This document shows positions 37,502 to 47,154 of a stretch of 64,000 bases of DNA, piece after piece (position 1 is the first letter of the stretch; every line of letters starts with the position of its first letter). The notes beneath the pieces were generated by a model. That model did not search any database, was not told where the DNA came from, and saw only the letters and a program-made list of their open reading frames with translations. This DNA is from a virus. The DNA is taken from positions 29 through 64,028 of IMG/VR virus record IMGVR_UViG_3300038701_003016; one strand, 5' to 3'. Both the position numbers and the translations under genes were made by a program.

Positions 37502-39702
37502 CTATGTTAATTGGTGCTATAGCTTCAGGGGCCTTAGATAAAACAAATCCCGGTCCTTGGAAAGCTAGAATTACTATAAGCTCTGGGACAGTAGGCTCCA
37601 ATTTAACAGATTTTATTGTAGCAGTACGTCTTTCAGATATGCCCGCTACTTTTTGGGAAAGAGTAAGGCCTGATGGAGGAGACTTAGAAGTTAAAACTAC
37701 GGGAGGTACAAATGTGCCTCGTCATTTGTTTAGATTTGACTATACTGAAAATGAAGGATGGTTATTTTTCAAAGGTACTTTATTATCTGCTTCGGATAAT
37801 GAATGGGATATTCATTACGGAAATAGATCAATAGCTCCTTTTGTACAATCTATTACTAACTCTTTAACTATAACAAATCCTGGAGCAGATGTAGATGTTT
37901 CAGGATGGACAGCAACAACTGGCTCTTTGGGTAGAAGAACTTCTAATCCAGCACCATTTGAGGGAGCGGGCTATTTTTTCGCAGGCCCAAATGCAGAAAC
38001 TCGAGCCCATCAAGATATATCAATTCCAATGGCCGAAGAAACGGATGTTGATAACGGGTTAAGACAAGCAAGACTTCAATGGTACCAAACCAGTTTTAAT
38101 GGATCAGACGAAGGAGAAATGGAAATAGAATTTTTTAATGGAGCTATGGCTTCATTAGGAAGCAGGATAGGTTCGGGGCTTACAGCTCCATTAGGACAAG
38201 AATGGAATTTAAGAAGATTAAATCTATTAATACCGTCTACTACCCGAACTATAAGAATTTCTATGCACGCTGTAAGAAGCGCAGGTACAAACAACGATGC
38301 GTATTTTGATGCTATAACTTTAGATATTGCTGATTTAGAAGAAAATGGAAAAGAACAAGTCTGGTCTGATTATGAAATGGTGGCGTTAATGGGATCAGAT
38401 GGAAATATAGATGCAGCGCGCCGTACAAGGGGAGCCGTTTTAGGTGACCCAGATATGTTTGAGCAACTTTCTGTAAGTGCCAATAGAGGAGTACATCAAG
38501 GAGTTTGCTCAGATAACATTTTTAATTACCTAGTAGATGACAATTTAATAAAAAAATATGATGGAAATACTTTAGTATTAGAAAATACTGATCCTATAGG
38601 GGATAGCGGTTTAGCCACTGTAGATCATTTAGGGGATCCAGAATATTTTGCAGGACTTTTATATATTCCGTTAGAAGAATTTACCGGCGGAGGATCTACG
38701 ACAGAGCACATAGCCATATACAATGCGAAAGACTTAACTTTTGTTCAGGCTTTTGATATATCGGCTCAAAATCATGAAGTGTCAAGTATAGCATATGTAC
38801 CAGAAGATGGCCTTTTATATATAACTTCCTTTTTCGATGATAGAAATATTTTTAAATATGACCCGGTTGATGGAAGTTTTATAGGCACCTTAGAATTATC
38901 TTCTCCTATAGCAGATATTCAAGGAATAACTTATTATAAAGGTAGGCTGTATATTAATGCAGATGGCCCTGACGAAACTTATATATGTGACCTTAACGGC
39001 GATGTAAGAGGATCAGGAATATTTGGGCAAGCAGTAGGCGGAGGTAATTATGAAGGTATAGGAAAAAGAGATGATAACCTTCTTATATTAACAGACCCTA
39101 CAGGAAGTTCAGATGGAGTAGTAAGGACCTTCTCCCCTCAGAATATAGATAATTCTGCGGGGGGAGGAATAGATATTCAAGCTACTGCTACTTTATTAAT
39201 GGACCAATTAAAAGATGCTTCTACTTATACTTTAGGATGCACTCTCGTAATAGATGATAAATCTGTAAATAGAGTAGCCGCTTCTTATCTAGACGAAGAT
39301 GATGCTCCGGCTAATAATACTAGGCAAATTATAGGATATCGAAATTCTGCATCTAGAATAGCTATTTGGGATGTAAATAATTCATGGCTTAATTCTTCTG
39401 TCGATCCAACAATAGGAGTAGCTTATAGAGTTCATGCGGTATATGATGGGTCTACAGATCGTATAGTCTACGTGGATGGATCTCAATCAGGACAAGAAAT
39501 AGGCATAACCGCTATTCCGTCTTCGTTTAACGCAGTGCGTATTGGTACTGAAGATGGGGACGAAAACGAAGACTGGCAGGGCCAAGTTGGATTTTGCTAT
39601 TTGAGATTTGAAGAACTTAGCGCTGACTGGATATCTGCAGAATACGATAACTTATCTTCCCCTGCAACTTTTTATTCTATAGGCACTGAACAATTAGCAT
39701 AA
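37498..39702 (+). CDS. multi-domain tail spike / receptor-binding protein
   Basis: DUF2341-like N-terminus, a carbohydrate-binding-like module, propeller-like repeats and a LamG-like C-terminus. Confidence 0.7.
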   Translation: MTMLIGAIASGALDKTNPGPWKARITISSGTVGSNLTDFIVAVRLSDMPATFWERVRPDGGDLEVKTTGGTNVPRHLFRFDYTENEGWLFFKGTLLSASDNEWDIHYGNRSIAPFVQSITNSLTITNPGADVDVSGWTATTGSLGRRTSNPAPFEGAGYFFAGPNAETRAHQDISIPMAEETDVDNGLRQARLQWYQTSFNGSDEGEMEIEFFNGAMASLGSRIGSGLTAPLGQEWNLRRLNLLIPSTTRTIRISMHAVRSAGTNNDAYFDAITLDIADLEENGKEQVWSDYEMVALMGSDGNIDAARRTRGAVLGDPDMFEQLSVSANRGVHQGVCSDNIFNYLVDDNLIKKYDGNTLVLENTDPIGDSGLATVDHLGDPEYFAGLLYIPLEEFTGGGSTTEHIAIYNAKDLTFVQAFDISAQNHEVSSIAYVPEDGLLYITSFFDDRNIFKYDPVDGSFIGTLELSSPIADIQGITYYKGRLYINADGPDETYICDLNGDVRGSGIFGQAVGGGNYEGIGKRDDNLLILTDPTGSSDGVVRTFSPQNIDNSAGGGIDIQATATLLMDQLKDASTYTLGCTLVIDDKSVNRVAASYLDEDDAPANNTRQIIGYRNSASRIAIWDVNNSWLNSSVDPTIGVAYRVHAVYDGSTDRIVYVDGSQSGQEIGITAIPSSFNAVRIGTEDGDENEDWQGQVGFCYLRFEELSADWISAEYDNLSSPATFYSIGTEQLA

Positions 39703-39713
39703 TATTAAGTAAT

Positions 39714-39750
39714 TAATACTGGGCTGTTAGTATTTAACGGCTCAGTATTA
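39714..39750 (+). terminator. 16-bp hairpin after tail module
   Basis: TAATACTGGGCTGTTA/TAACGGCTCAGTATTA. Confidence 0.65.
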
Positions 39751-39799
39751 TTAGTATTTTACCTATATTTATTACCATCACTTACAATATTAAGAGGTA

Positions 39800-40279
39800 A
39801 TGATGGGCTATAAATTAGGTAAAAAATCTAAAGCTGAATTACAAAGAGTTCATCCAATACTGATAGATATTGTAGAATGTTCTTTACAAAGCAGTCTGGT
39901 AGATTTTTCGGTTCATGATGGACTTAGAAGCCCTAATGAACAAAATTCCTTATTCAAAAGAGGAGTTTCTACTTTAGATGGCTATAATAAAATAAGTCAG
40001 CATCAGCTTCAAGATACAGGCTATGGCCATGCTGTAGACTTAGTTCCTTATATAAATGGAAAATTGAGATGGGAATGGAAACCCATTTTTAGTATTGCAT
40101 TAGCAGTGCAAGTTGCTAGTGAAGTAATAGGGGCTAATGTAAGATGGGGAGGGTGCTGGAAAATAATTACTAATTCAGAACTATCTCCTGAAAAAATGCA
40201 TTACGAATATTTAAAACGTAAAGCTTTGCAAGGTAAAAAACCTTTCGCCGACGGTCCTCATTTTGAGTTGATATTATGA
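39800..40279 (+). CDS. endolysin, M15 peptidase family
   Basis: GLRS..EQ, SQH...GHAVD, RWGG, DGPHFEL. Confidence 0.9.
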   Translation: MMGYKLGKKSKAELQRVHPILIDIVECSLQSSLVDFSVHDGLRSPNEQNSLFKRGVSTLDGYNKISQHQLQDTGYGHAVDLVPYINGKLRWEWKPIFSIALAVQVASEVIGANVRWGGCWKIITNSELSPEKMHYEYLKRKALQGKKPFADGPHFELIL

Positions 40280-40521
40280 CAAAAGAGGGACCCACCTGGA
40301 AAAATAGACGTAGATTTATGATAGCCGTAATACTTTTTTGTATGGCTACAATATCCGTAGTTATTTTAAAAGACATGCAAAGTTCTGTTGCTGAAACTGC
40401 CGTAACTATGTCCTTTGCAATTATGGGCTCCACAATAGCTTCTTATGTATTTGGAGTTGTATGGCAAGATAATACGATAACTCAAAGCGGGAAATTAGAT
40501 GATGGCTTGGCTGATCGCTAA
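40276..40521 (+). CDS. holin-like protein
   Basis: Two TM helices with a basic N-terminus, coupled to the endolysin. Confidence 0.65.
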   Translation: MTKEGPTWKNRRRFMIAVILFCMATISVVILKDMQSSVAETAVTMSFAIMGSTIASYVFGVVWQDNTITQSGKLDDGLADR

Positions 40522-40975
40522 TTGGAAATTAGTAATAGGAGGCCTAGGAGTCCTTTTCATTACCGGATTTATAATAGGTTTTTGGAGCTTCGTAGCCAAT
40601 TTACAAGAAGCTAACCGAATTTTATCTGAAAAAGTAGGCCAGTTTGAAGTGGCTTTAGAAGTCCAAAAAACTACGATAGATAGCCAAAAAGAAGCCCTTA
40701 TTAAATGGTCACTCGCTCAAAAGCAGCAAGCCCAGATTTTGCAGGAGATAAATCAAAATGCAAATAAAGCACGAGACGAAGTTAAACAGCTCGGAAAACT
40801 GTTTGGGTCCCACGACTTTAAAAACCTTGTGGATAAAAAGCCGGACAGTATTGAGCGTATTATTAATAGGGGCACCAGCAGGACTTTCCGCATGTTCGAG
40901 TGCTCCTCAGGAAGTTCAAATAAAAACTGCGTCGTTGGGAATTCCTCAACCCCCAAAAACGATAGTTCTTCCTAA
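40499..40975 (+). CDS. i-spanin (Rz-like)
   Basis: N-terminal TM helix plus coiled coil. Confidence 0.75.
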   Translation: MMAWLIANWKLVIGGLGVLFITGFIIGFWSFVANLQEANRILSEKVGQFEVALEVQKTTIDSQKEALIKWSLAQKQQAQILQEINQNANKARDEVKQLGKLFGSHDFKNLVDKKPDSIERIINRGTSRTFRMFECSSGSSNKNCVVGNSSTPKNDSSS

Positions 40976-41159
40976 GCCGGATCCTATATCTTTAAATGAT
41001 ATAGAATGGAAAATTGTAGAAGCAGACAATGAAAAATACATAGCTCTAACTCCAGAAGACTACGAAGATCTTTCTTTAAATATGGCCGAAATACTCAGAT
41101 ATATAAAAGAATTAAATTCGCAGCTGGATTATTACGTAGAAAGCCTTGAAGATGATTGA
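40758..41159 (+). CDS. o-spanin lipoprotein (Rz1-like), probable start TTG 40827
   Basis: Lipobox LSAC and Pro-rich linker, overlapping the i-spanin in another frame. Confidence 0.75.
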   Translation: MQIKHETKLNSSENCLGPTTLKTLWIKSRTVLSVLLIGAPAGLSACSSAPQEVQIKTASLGIPQPPKTIVLPKPDPISLNDIEWKIVEADNEKYIALTPEDYEDLSLNMAEILRYIKELNSQLDYYVESLEDD

Positions 41160-41439
41160 TCCAAACCAACAATCTAAATTATCAAATAGGCCAATAGTCC
41201 TAACAGAAATGGAATTGCGTAGACTAGTGGCTGAGGGGGTAGATGACGCCCTAACAAAACTTGGTGTTGACGCTGAAAATCCCATAGAAATGCAGAGAGA
41301 CTTTCAACATTTAAGAGAATGGAGGGAGGCAGTTAATAGCGTCAAGCAAAAAGGTATATTGACTGTTATAGGGTTAATTCTTACGGGAGGAAGTGTAGCC
41401 CTTGTAATAGGCTTAAAATCAATGTTCAATACCCCATAA
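41146..41439 (+). CDS. hypothetical membrane protein
   Basis: C-terminal TM helix; lies in the lysis cluster. Confidence 0.65.
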   Translation: MKMIDPNQQSKLSNRPIVLTEMELRRLVAEGVDDALTKLGVDAENPIEMQRDFQHLREWREAVNSVKQKGILTVIGLILTGGSVALVIGLKSMFNTP

Positions 41440-41451
41440 GGACTTTTTGGC

Positions 41452-43098
41452 ATGGCTGGAAAACAAATACCAATAGAAGAATTGGAAATAGCTGTTCAAG
41501 CTTATTATGACTACTCTGGAAATAAATCAGAAGCAGCTCGAGCTTTAGGATTAAATAGATGTACTTATAAAGATAGGCTGAAAGTAGCCGAGTCAAGATT
41601 AGGAATAAGATTAAATAAAGTCGCAGATGGAACTATACAGCCTTCCGAAAGTAAAATATTGAAGCTACCTAAGAAAGGCTATACAAAAAGATATATTCTC
41701 ACTTCTATTCAAAATAATACCCACCTACATCCGGCATTCAATAATATTCTTGCTCTTAAAGACTATTTGGACAATTATCCCAAAAGTAGTTGTGATCTAC
41801 TGATAGGAACTTATTCATACCAGCTTTCTTCGTATGGACCTAAAGCGGTTAAAAGGGGCAAATACAAAGCAGAAAAAGCTTTAGAAGAATTATGGTATGC
41901 TAGAGAAGCTGAAGATTTTATTGTAGATGAAAGTGTTGAGTTAGCTCCGGGACTAGTTTGGTGTGGAGAGCAAAATATATTACCTACGGCTAAACATCCT
42001 TTAACATCGTTTGAAGATTATAACGGCCGTAAATCTAACATTGTTCCGCATGCTAAAATAGAGATGGAAAGCGTGGCTTCAATGGCTAAAGAAGCGACTA
42101 AATTTAATTACTCTACGGGCACAATAACTCAACGTAATTATATAAAGAAACGAGCAGGTATTTTAGCCGAACAAAAACATTCATATGGAGCATTACTTGT
42201 AGAAGTAGATAGCCAAGGAAACTGGTACGTACGACAATTGCATGTTGATGACAATGATGCTATAATGGATATAGGGCCTTCAGGAACTTCAGGTATTTAT
42301 GTCCAAACGGGTATGGTAACAGAGCGACAAGTTACTGAAGCTATATACTGGGGGGATGCTCACGCTCATGAGCTCGAATTATGGGTTAGAGAATGCGGCT
42401 GGGGTAGAAAAGGAATGCTCCAAGTTTTAAAACCTAAATATCAATTTTTAGGAGACGTATTTTCTATGCATACCCGAGGGCATCATGAAATAAACGATTT
42501 TCATTCAAGGTACTCTAAGTTTGCTAAGCAAGAAGAAAGTGTAGAAGACGAAGTACAACTTACAACAGACTTTACAAATGAAGCTACGAAAAAATGGTGC
42601 AAAACTATTATAGTCCCTTCAAATCATGATAGGCATCTAGAAAGATGGTTGAATGAAGCGGATTTTAGAAAAGATCCTTTAAACTCCAAATATTTCTGTT
42701 ATCTCCAATATAATTTGTTAAATGCTATGGATAAGGGAGACTCTTCTTTTAATGTACTAGAATTTGCTATGACAAAGGCAGGACTAAACCCTTTAGTAGA
42801 ATTTTTGCCTTTAAATCAAAGCTGTATAATTAAAGGTATAGAGAATGGATTGCACGGAGATATGGGCCCTAACGGATCAAGAGGATCTACGCGTTCTCTT
42901 ACAAAGTTAGGAAGACCCGTAAATAAAGGACATGACCATACAGCAGCCATTCGCGATCAAGTGTATTCTGCAGGAGCTTGCTCTTTAGATTTTGGATTTA
43001 TGAATGGTCCGGACTCTCATTCTATTAGCCACATAGTGACCTACTCAAATGGAACTAGAAGTATTGTAACTATGTACAATAATAAATGGCGAGCATAA
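41452..43098 (+). CDS. T5 A1-like HTH + metallophosphoesterase-fold nuclease
   Basis: HTH NKSEAARALG; TSIQNNT, GEQNILPTA, TGTITQRNYI, GALLVEVD; metal motifs GDAH, GD, SNHD, HGD, GHDH. Confidence 0.7.
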   Translation: MAGKQIPIEELEIAVQAYYDYSGNKSEAARALGLNRCTYKDRLKVAESRLGIRLNKVADGTIQPSESKILKLPKKGYTKRYILTSIQNNTHLHPAFNNILALKDYLDNYPKSSCDLLIGTYSYQLSSYGPKAVKRGKYKAEKALEELWYAREAEDFIVDESVELAPGLVWCGEQNILPTAKHPLTSFEDYNGRKSNIVPHAKIEMESVASMAKEATKFNYSTGTITQRNYIKKRAGILAEQKHSYGALLVEVDSQGNWYVRQLHVDDNDAIMDIGPSGTSGIYVQTGMVTERQVTEAIYWGDAHAHELELWVRECGWGRKGMLQVLKPKYQFLGDVFSMHTRGHHEINDFHSRYSKFAKQEESVEDEVQLTTDFTNEATKKWCKTIIVPSNHDRHLERWLNEADFRKDPLNSKYFCYLQYNLLNAMDKGDSSFNVLEFAMTKAGLNPLVEFLPLNQSCIIKGIENGLHGDMGPNGSRGSTRSLTKLGRPVNKGHDHTAAIRDQVYSAGACSLDFGFMNGPDSHSISHIVTYSNGTRSIVTMYNNKWRA

Positions 43099-43099
43099 T

Positions 43100-43137
43100 A
43101 TTAAGGCCATGAACTGATTATAATTCATGGCCTTAAT
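43100..43137. terminator. bidirectional hairpin between converging genome arms
   Basis: ATTAAGGCCATGAA/TTCATGGCCTTAAT perfect 14-bp stem. Confidence 0.8.
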
Positions 43138-43212
43138 CTCATTATTTCTATAGGTAGACAGCTCGATAAGCTTTTAATATATAAGTTTATATTAGACTAT
43201 CACCGAAAGTAT

Positions 43213-44952
43213 TTAACCACATTCTTTAGAGCCATCAGGCCCTATTTCACACATAGCATTGTGGGCCTCCGGAGCCTTTTCATCTGGATCTTCTTTTCCT
43301 AAAAGAATGCCCATTCTTTTCCCGTCTTTATTGAAAGTGGTACACCCTTTACATCCTCGCTCCCAAGCTTGAATATAGATATTTTTAAAGGCTTCCCATG
43401 TCATAGAGCTATCTACGTTGCAAGTCTTAGATACAGCGCTGTCTACTAAAGCTGAAGCCGCTGCCAGAACATCAATATGTTGTTCGGCAGAAACCTTTGA
43501 GGATATAATTCCCTCTACTCCAAATTCTCTATAACCATAATCGGAAACATCTACGGTTACTTTTCCTTCAGGCATATTAACTACGCGCTTGCTTTCATAT
43601 TCAAATACGGGTTCAATTCCACTAGAAATATAATCTGCACAAAAACTTATAGTTCCAGTAGGCGCAATGCTAGTTAAATGTGAATTTCGTATCCCTTTTT
43701 CTTTAATTGCGTTTCTGATTTTTGGAGAAAGAGTTTTTGCAAAAGGTCCTGCTAGGAATAAATCCCTGTCGAATTTTGGAAAAGATCCTTTTTCTTCTGC
43801 TAAATCAGTACTAGCCAGATAGGCTTCGTCTCTAAGAGTTTCAAGAATTTCAAGTTGAAATTGCATAAAATCCGCTCCAGCATATGTATATCCTAAAGCT
43901 TCAGCAGCATTTGCAAGTCCGGTAATTCCTAGCCCCATACGCCTTTTTGATAAAGCTTCCATTCTTTGTTCTGGAAGGGGATATAAAGCTCTATCTACAA
44001 TATTATCCATAGCCCTTACAACATGAGGTATATCGGCTTCGAATAATTTCCAATCAAAAATATAGCCATTCCAACCTGATTTTTTCTCTTTTTTAATATA
44101 TTTTACTAGATTGAATGATCCTAAAAGACATGCTCCAAATGGAGGAAGAGGCTGTTCTCCACAAGGATTTGTGGCGGCTATTGTTTCGCAATACCAAAGG
44201 TTATTCATTTTATTTATAGTATCTATAAATAAAACGCCGGGTTCCCCCCAGTCCCAAGTAGATCTCATAATCATTTCCCATAAATAATTAGCATCTACTT
44301 CTTTATATACTCGACCTTGCCACCTTAATTGGAAAGGCTTATTGTCCTTTAGACAATTCATAAATTCATCAGTTACTGCTACTGAAATATTAAAACCTGT
44401 TAAACTTGTGGTATTTTGTTTTGCTAAAATAAATTCCTCAATATCAGGATGGTCTATTCGCATTACTCCCATTTGAGCACCTCGACGATGCCCTGAAGAA
44501 GCTATACATCTACATATGGCGTCAAAAATATCCATAAAACTTACGGGGCCGGAAGATCTAGATTGTAGTTTTTTAATTAATTCTCCTCTAGGTCTTAAGG
44601 TAGAAAAATCGTACCCAATACCTCCTCCCATTCTCATAGTCTGGGCAGCTTGTGAAGCTCTATCCATTATAGCCCCTGGGCCTTCCACAAAACTATCTTC
44701 TAAAGTACCAGAAACATAACAATTATAAGGAGTTACAGCTTTAGGGGCTCCCATTGCTGCTTGGACTCTTCCAGCTGCAATAAATCTCATATCTAAAGTG
44801 ATATCTCTAAAAGCTTTGAAATGCTCATCATCATCTTTAAGAGTGCTAGCAACTCTATTACAACTTTCTCTAAAAGTTTCATTTGGAAGACGGTATTTTT
44901 CAGCATGAAGTTTATCGCTGAAAACCAAGGAGGGTCCTGGTTCAGTGCTCAT
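43213..44952 (-). CDS. nrdJ: class II (B12-dependent) ribonucleotide reductase
   Basis: NCYV, TNPCGEQPL, APTGTIS, C-terminal Cys pair; no beta-subunit gene present. Confidence 0.88.
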   Translation of the reverse strand: MSTEPGPSLVFSDKLHAEKYRLPNETFRESCNRVASTLKDDDEHFKAFRDITLDMRFIAAGRVQAAMGAPKAVTPYNCYVSGTLEDSFVEGPGAIMDRASQAAQTMRMGGGIGYDFSTLRPRGELIKKLQSRSSGPVSFMDIFDAICRCIASSGHRRGAQMGVMRIDHPDIEEFILAKQNTTSLTGFNISVAVTDEFMNCLKDNKPFQLRWQGRVYKEVDANYLWEMIMRSTWDWGEPGVLFIDTINKMNNLWYCETIAATNPCGEQPLPPFGACLLGSFNLVKYIKKEKKSGWNGYIFDWKLFEADIPHVVRAMDNIVDRALYPLPEQRMEALSKRRMGLGITGLANAAEALGYTYAGADFMQFQLEILETLRDEAYLASTDLAEEKGSFPKFDRDLFLAGPFAKTLSPKIRNAIKEKGIRNSHLTSIAPTGTISFCADYISSGIEPVFEYESKRVVNMPEGKVTVDVSDYGYREFGVEGIISSKVSAEQHIDVLAAASALVDSAVSKTCNVDSSMTWEAFKNIYIQAWERGCKGCTTFNKDGKRMGILLGKEDPDEKAPEAHNAMCEIGPDGSKECG

Positions 44953-45026
44953 ATAAAGTTCCTTACTACTATATTAATGAAAGTTATTAACAATATCAGT
45001 AGTTTAATACTTTATAAGCCGTTAGA

Positions 45027-45344
45027 CTATATCAATCTAGAATAATAATCGCTTCTAATACTTTCAATATCGGAAATACGTTTCATTTTATCTTGACTAC
45101 ACTTATTGCATAACCCTTCAGTATTTAAGTCTAGAGGGCTAATAAAAGGATTTTCACAATCATCACAAATATATAGCTCTTCAGAATTATATACTTCGTT
45201 TCCAATATTCACAAGTAAATAGCCAAGCCCCTCTTTTTGTATTTCTAAAATTTCTGAGGTATTTAAGGGTGATATATTATTCTCGAACATAACTAACTCC
45301 AAATTAAAAATGCCTAACTGGAACATAATATTCCAATTAGGCAT
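45027..45344 (-). CDS. hypothetical Zn-finger protein
   Basis: CDDC...CNKC motif. Confidence 0.55.
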   Translation of the reverse strand: MPNWNIMFQLGIFNLELVMFENNISPLNTSEILEIQKEGLGYLLVNIGNEVYNSEELYICDDCENPFISPLDLNTEGLCNKCSQDKMKRISDIESIRSDYYSRLI

Positions 45345-45377
45345 TAAATTAAGCTTATATTTTAAGAAGTTAGCCCC

Positions 45378-45836
45378 TTATTTAGAAGGTTTAGATCTGG
45401 GTCTCCTTTGAACCAGATTATAATTTTCGTAGCCAAATTCTCCTACTCTAGCTTTAACAGAATACCAACGAAGACACGCTGGAGTTGTTTGGGCTTCAGG
45501 AAATTCTTCAATAATCATCTCAACAATTTCTTTATAAGGAAGCCCGACGGACCTAGCATTTGGATGATTTGCTTCTACAACATTTTCAGAACTTGGTTTT
45601 TTAGTCTTATCTTCATAATAAGACACTTTACAAAGAAGTTCCATAGAAGCTTCTCTAATAGTTCTTGTTTTTGGGGCTTGTTGGGCTAAATCCCTAAGTA
45701 AATCTTGAATGTGGCCAAGTAATTTGGCCTTACTTTGTTTCCAAGGTTTACTTAATTGATGATCCTCTGGGGCTTTTGAATTGAAAAAATCTACCAATTC
45801 AGAAGAAGTTTTTTGTTCAAGTACGGAAAAATCCAT
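45378..45836 (-). CDS. hypothetical protein
   Basis: ORF with a GGAG RBS. Confidence 0.7.
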   Translation of the reverse strand: MDFSVLEQKTSSELVDFFNSKAPEDHQLSKPWKQSKAKLLGHIQDLLRDLAQQAPKTRTIREASMELLCKVSYYEDKTKKPSSENVVEANHPNARSVGLPYKEIVEMIIEEFPEAQTTPACLRWYSVKARVGEFGYENYNLVQRRPRSKPSK

Positions 45837-45873
45837 TTTTAGTCTCCATTTAACTGTCTATAAGGGTTATTTA

Positions 45874-46104
45874 TTAAGCGAATACGCTCATAAAGCCTGC
45901 GGAAGCTCCAATTACAGCGCTTACAGGAGCATAAATTAAAACGAAAAACAGAATATCTTCTTTTTTCGCCGTTTCTTCGCGTTTGAATTTTGAACGAAGT
46001 CCCATAATTTTGTATGTTGCTTTCTGCTCTGTAGTCAAACGTAGATCGATTGAACCCCATGGTGTTAAAGTGGCGTTCGGAAAGTTTTTAAATAAAGGTG
46101 CCAT
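45874..46104 (-). CDS. small membrane protein
   Basis: C-terminal TM helix; own promoter TTTACA(46155-60)-17-CATTAT and AGGAGAGG RBS. Confidence 0.65.
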   Translation of the reverse strand: MAPLFKNFPNATLTPWGSIDLRLTTEQKATYKIMGLRSKFKREETAKKEDILFFVLIYAPVSAVIGASAGFMSVFA

Positions 46105-46222
46105 TGTCCCTCTCCTAATAATGTATAGAGGATAATGGCGTGTTTTATAGGACTTGTAAATAGAAAAATGGGATTTTTTAAAATTATTTTGAATGTTATA
46201 GAGACTCCTTATATATGGACCT

Positions 46223-46693
46223 CTATAATAAAGAAGAATGTTTCGGTTGAGGATGCTTTACGATAGCTGCCAAAAATTCTATTTTAGAAGCTCCGGGGTT
46301 GACAATAGAAAGAGCCCCTAATTCTTCCAAAGTCAACCCATTTTGCATCTTATCTATTAAGTCTCTGCTTGCTGGTATTAAATATCTGTTAGCTTTTGAA
46401 TATTTTCCAATAAGAATAGCTACAAATACTCGTCCTCCGGCTCTGTATCTATTTTTCAACCAAATAGGCTGTCCATCTTGAAATTTTATTTTAATAGGAG
46501 TTTTTGCATTAGAAGGTTTATTGGCTTTTTTTAACTCAAGCCAAAATTCTATACCTTTAAAACAACCATTTACATCCGCCATTCCATTTCCTGCAGAATT
46601 TTCAATTCTATTTAAATGGAGTTGGTTTCTATAAACAAATTTTAATTTTTTGATCCATTTCCATAAATTTTCTTCGCCGGGAGTTATATTCAT
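46223..46693 (-). CDS. PD-(D/E)XK nuclease (VRR-NUC / resolvase-like)
   Basis: RIEN...GMADV...FWLELK...Q..W. Confidence 0.8.
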   Translation of the reverse strand: MNITPGEENLWKWIKKLKFVYRNQLHLNRIENSAGNGMADVNGCFKGIEFWLELKKANKPSNAKTPIKIKFQDGQPIWLKNRYRAGGRVFVAILIGKYSKANRYLIPASRDLIDKMQNGLTLEELGALSIVNPGASKIEFLAAIVKHPQPKHSSLL

Positions 46694-46708
46694 TTAGGTT
46701 CTCCTACA

Positions 46709-47152
46709 TTATACTATATTGGCAAAAATTATTTCTATTCCTGCTTGTCTAAAAGTTTCCTCAGATTTTAATTGATCTTCAGCCCAACTAGAAACAGGGT
46801 CTATTTTCCAGGATATAAGACGGGAAATACCCGCATTCAATATAGACCTACAGCATCCTTTTTTAGTACAAGGGAACATAGTTACATATAGAGAACATCC
46901 CTCTGTCTCAAACGTAGCATTCATTAAAGCGTTATGCTCTGCATGAACCATATTGTGATTTTTAACTTCTTTCATATTAAGCATCACTTGATCGTCAGGA
47001 ATATCTTTCGGAAATCCATTATAGCCTATAGATATATTACGTCTATCAGGGCTTACAAGTACGGCTCCGACTCGACAATTAGGATCTTTTGACCACCCTG
47101 AAACTTGAGTGGCTATGAGAAAAAATCTTCTATCCCATTTATTTTCTAACAT
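46709..47152 (-). CDS. dCMP deaminase
   Basis: SKDP..RVGAV, GYNGFP, HAEHNA, PCTKKGC. Start refined to MLENKW. Confidence 0.88.
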   Translation of the reverse strand: MLENKWDRRFFLIATQVSGWSKDPNCRVGAVLVSPDRRNISIGYNGFPKDIPDDQVMLNMKEVKNHNMVHAEHNALMNATFETEGCSLYVTMFPCTKKGCCRSILNAGISRLISWKIDPVSSWAEDQLKSEETFRQAGIEIIFANIV

Positions 47153-47154
47153 AT

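Noticed and set aside
14584-38294. Minus-strand ORFs within the structural module (e.g. 14584-14892, 18103-18546, 25529-26104, 28384-28803, 34574-34888)
   Set aside because: They lie antisense to well-supported genes, with no RBS or recognisable motifs.
33444-39702. Diversity-generating retroelement on tail genes
   Set aside because: No reverse transcriptase and no template/variable repeat pair were seen.
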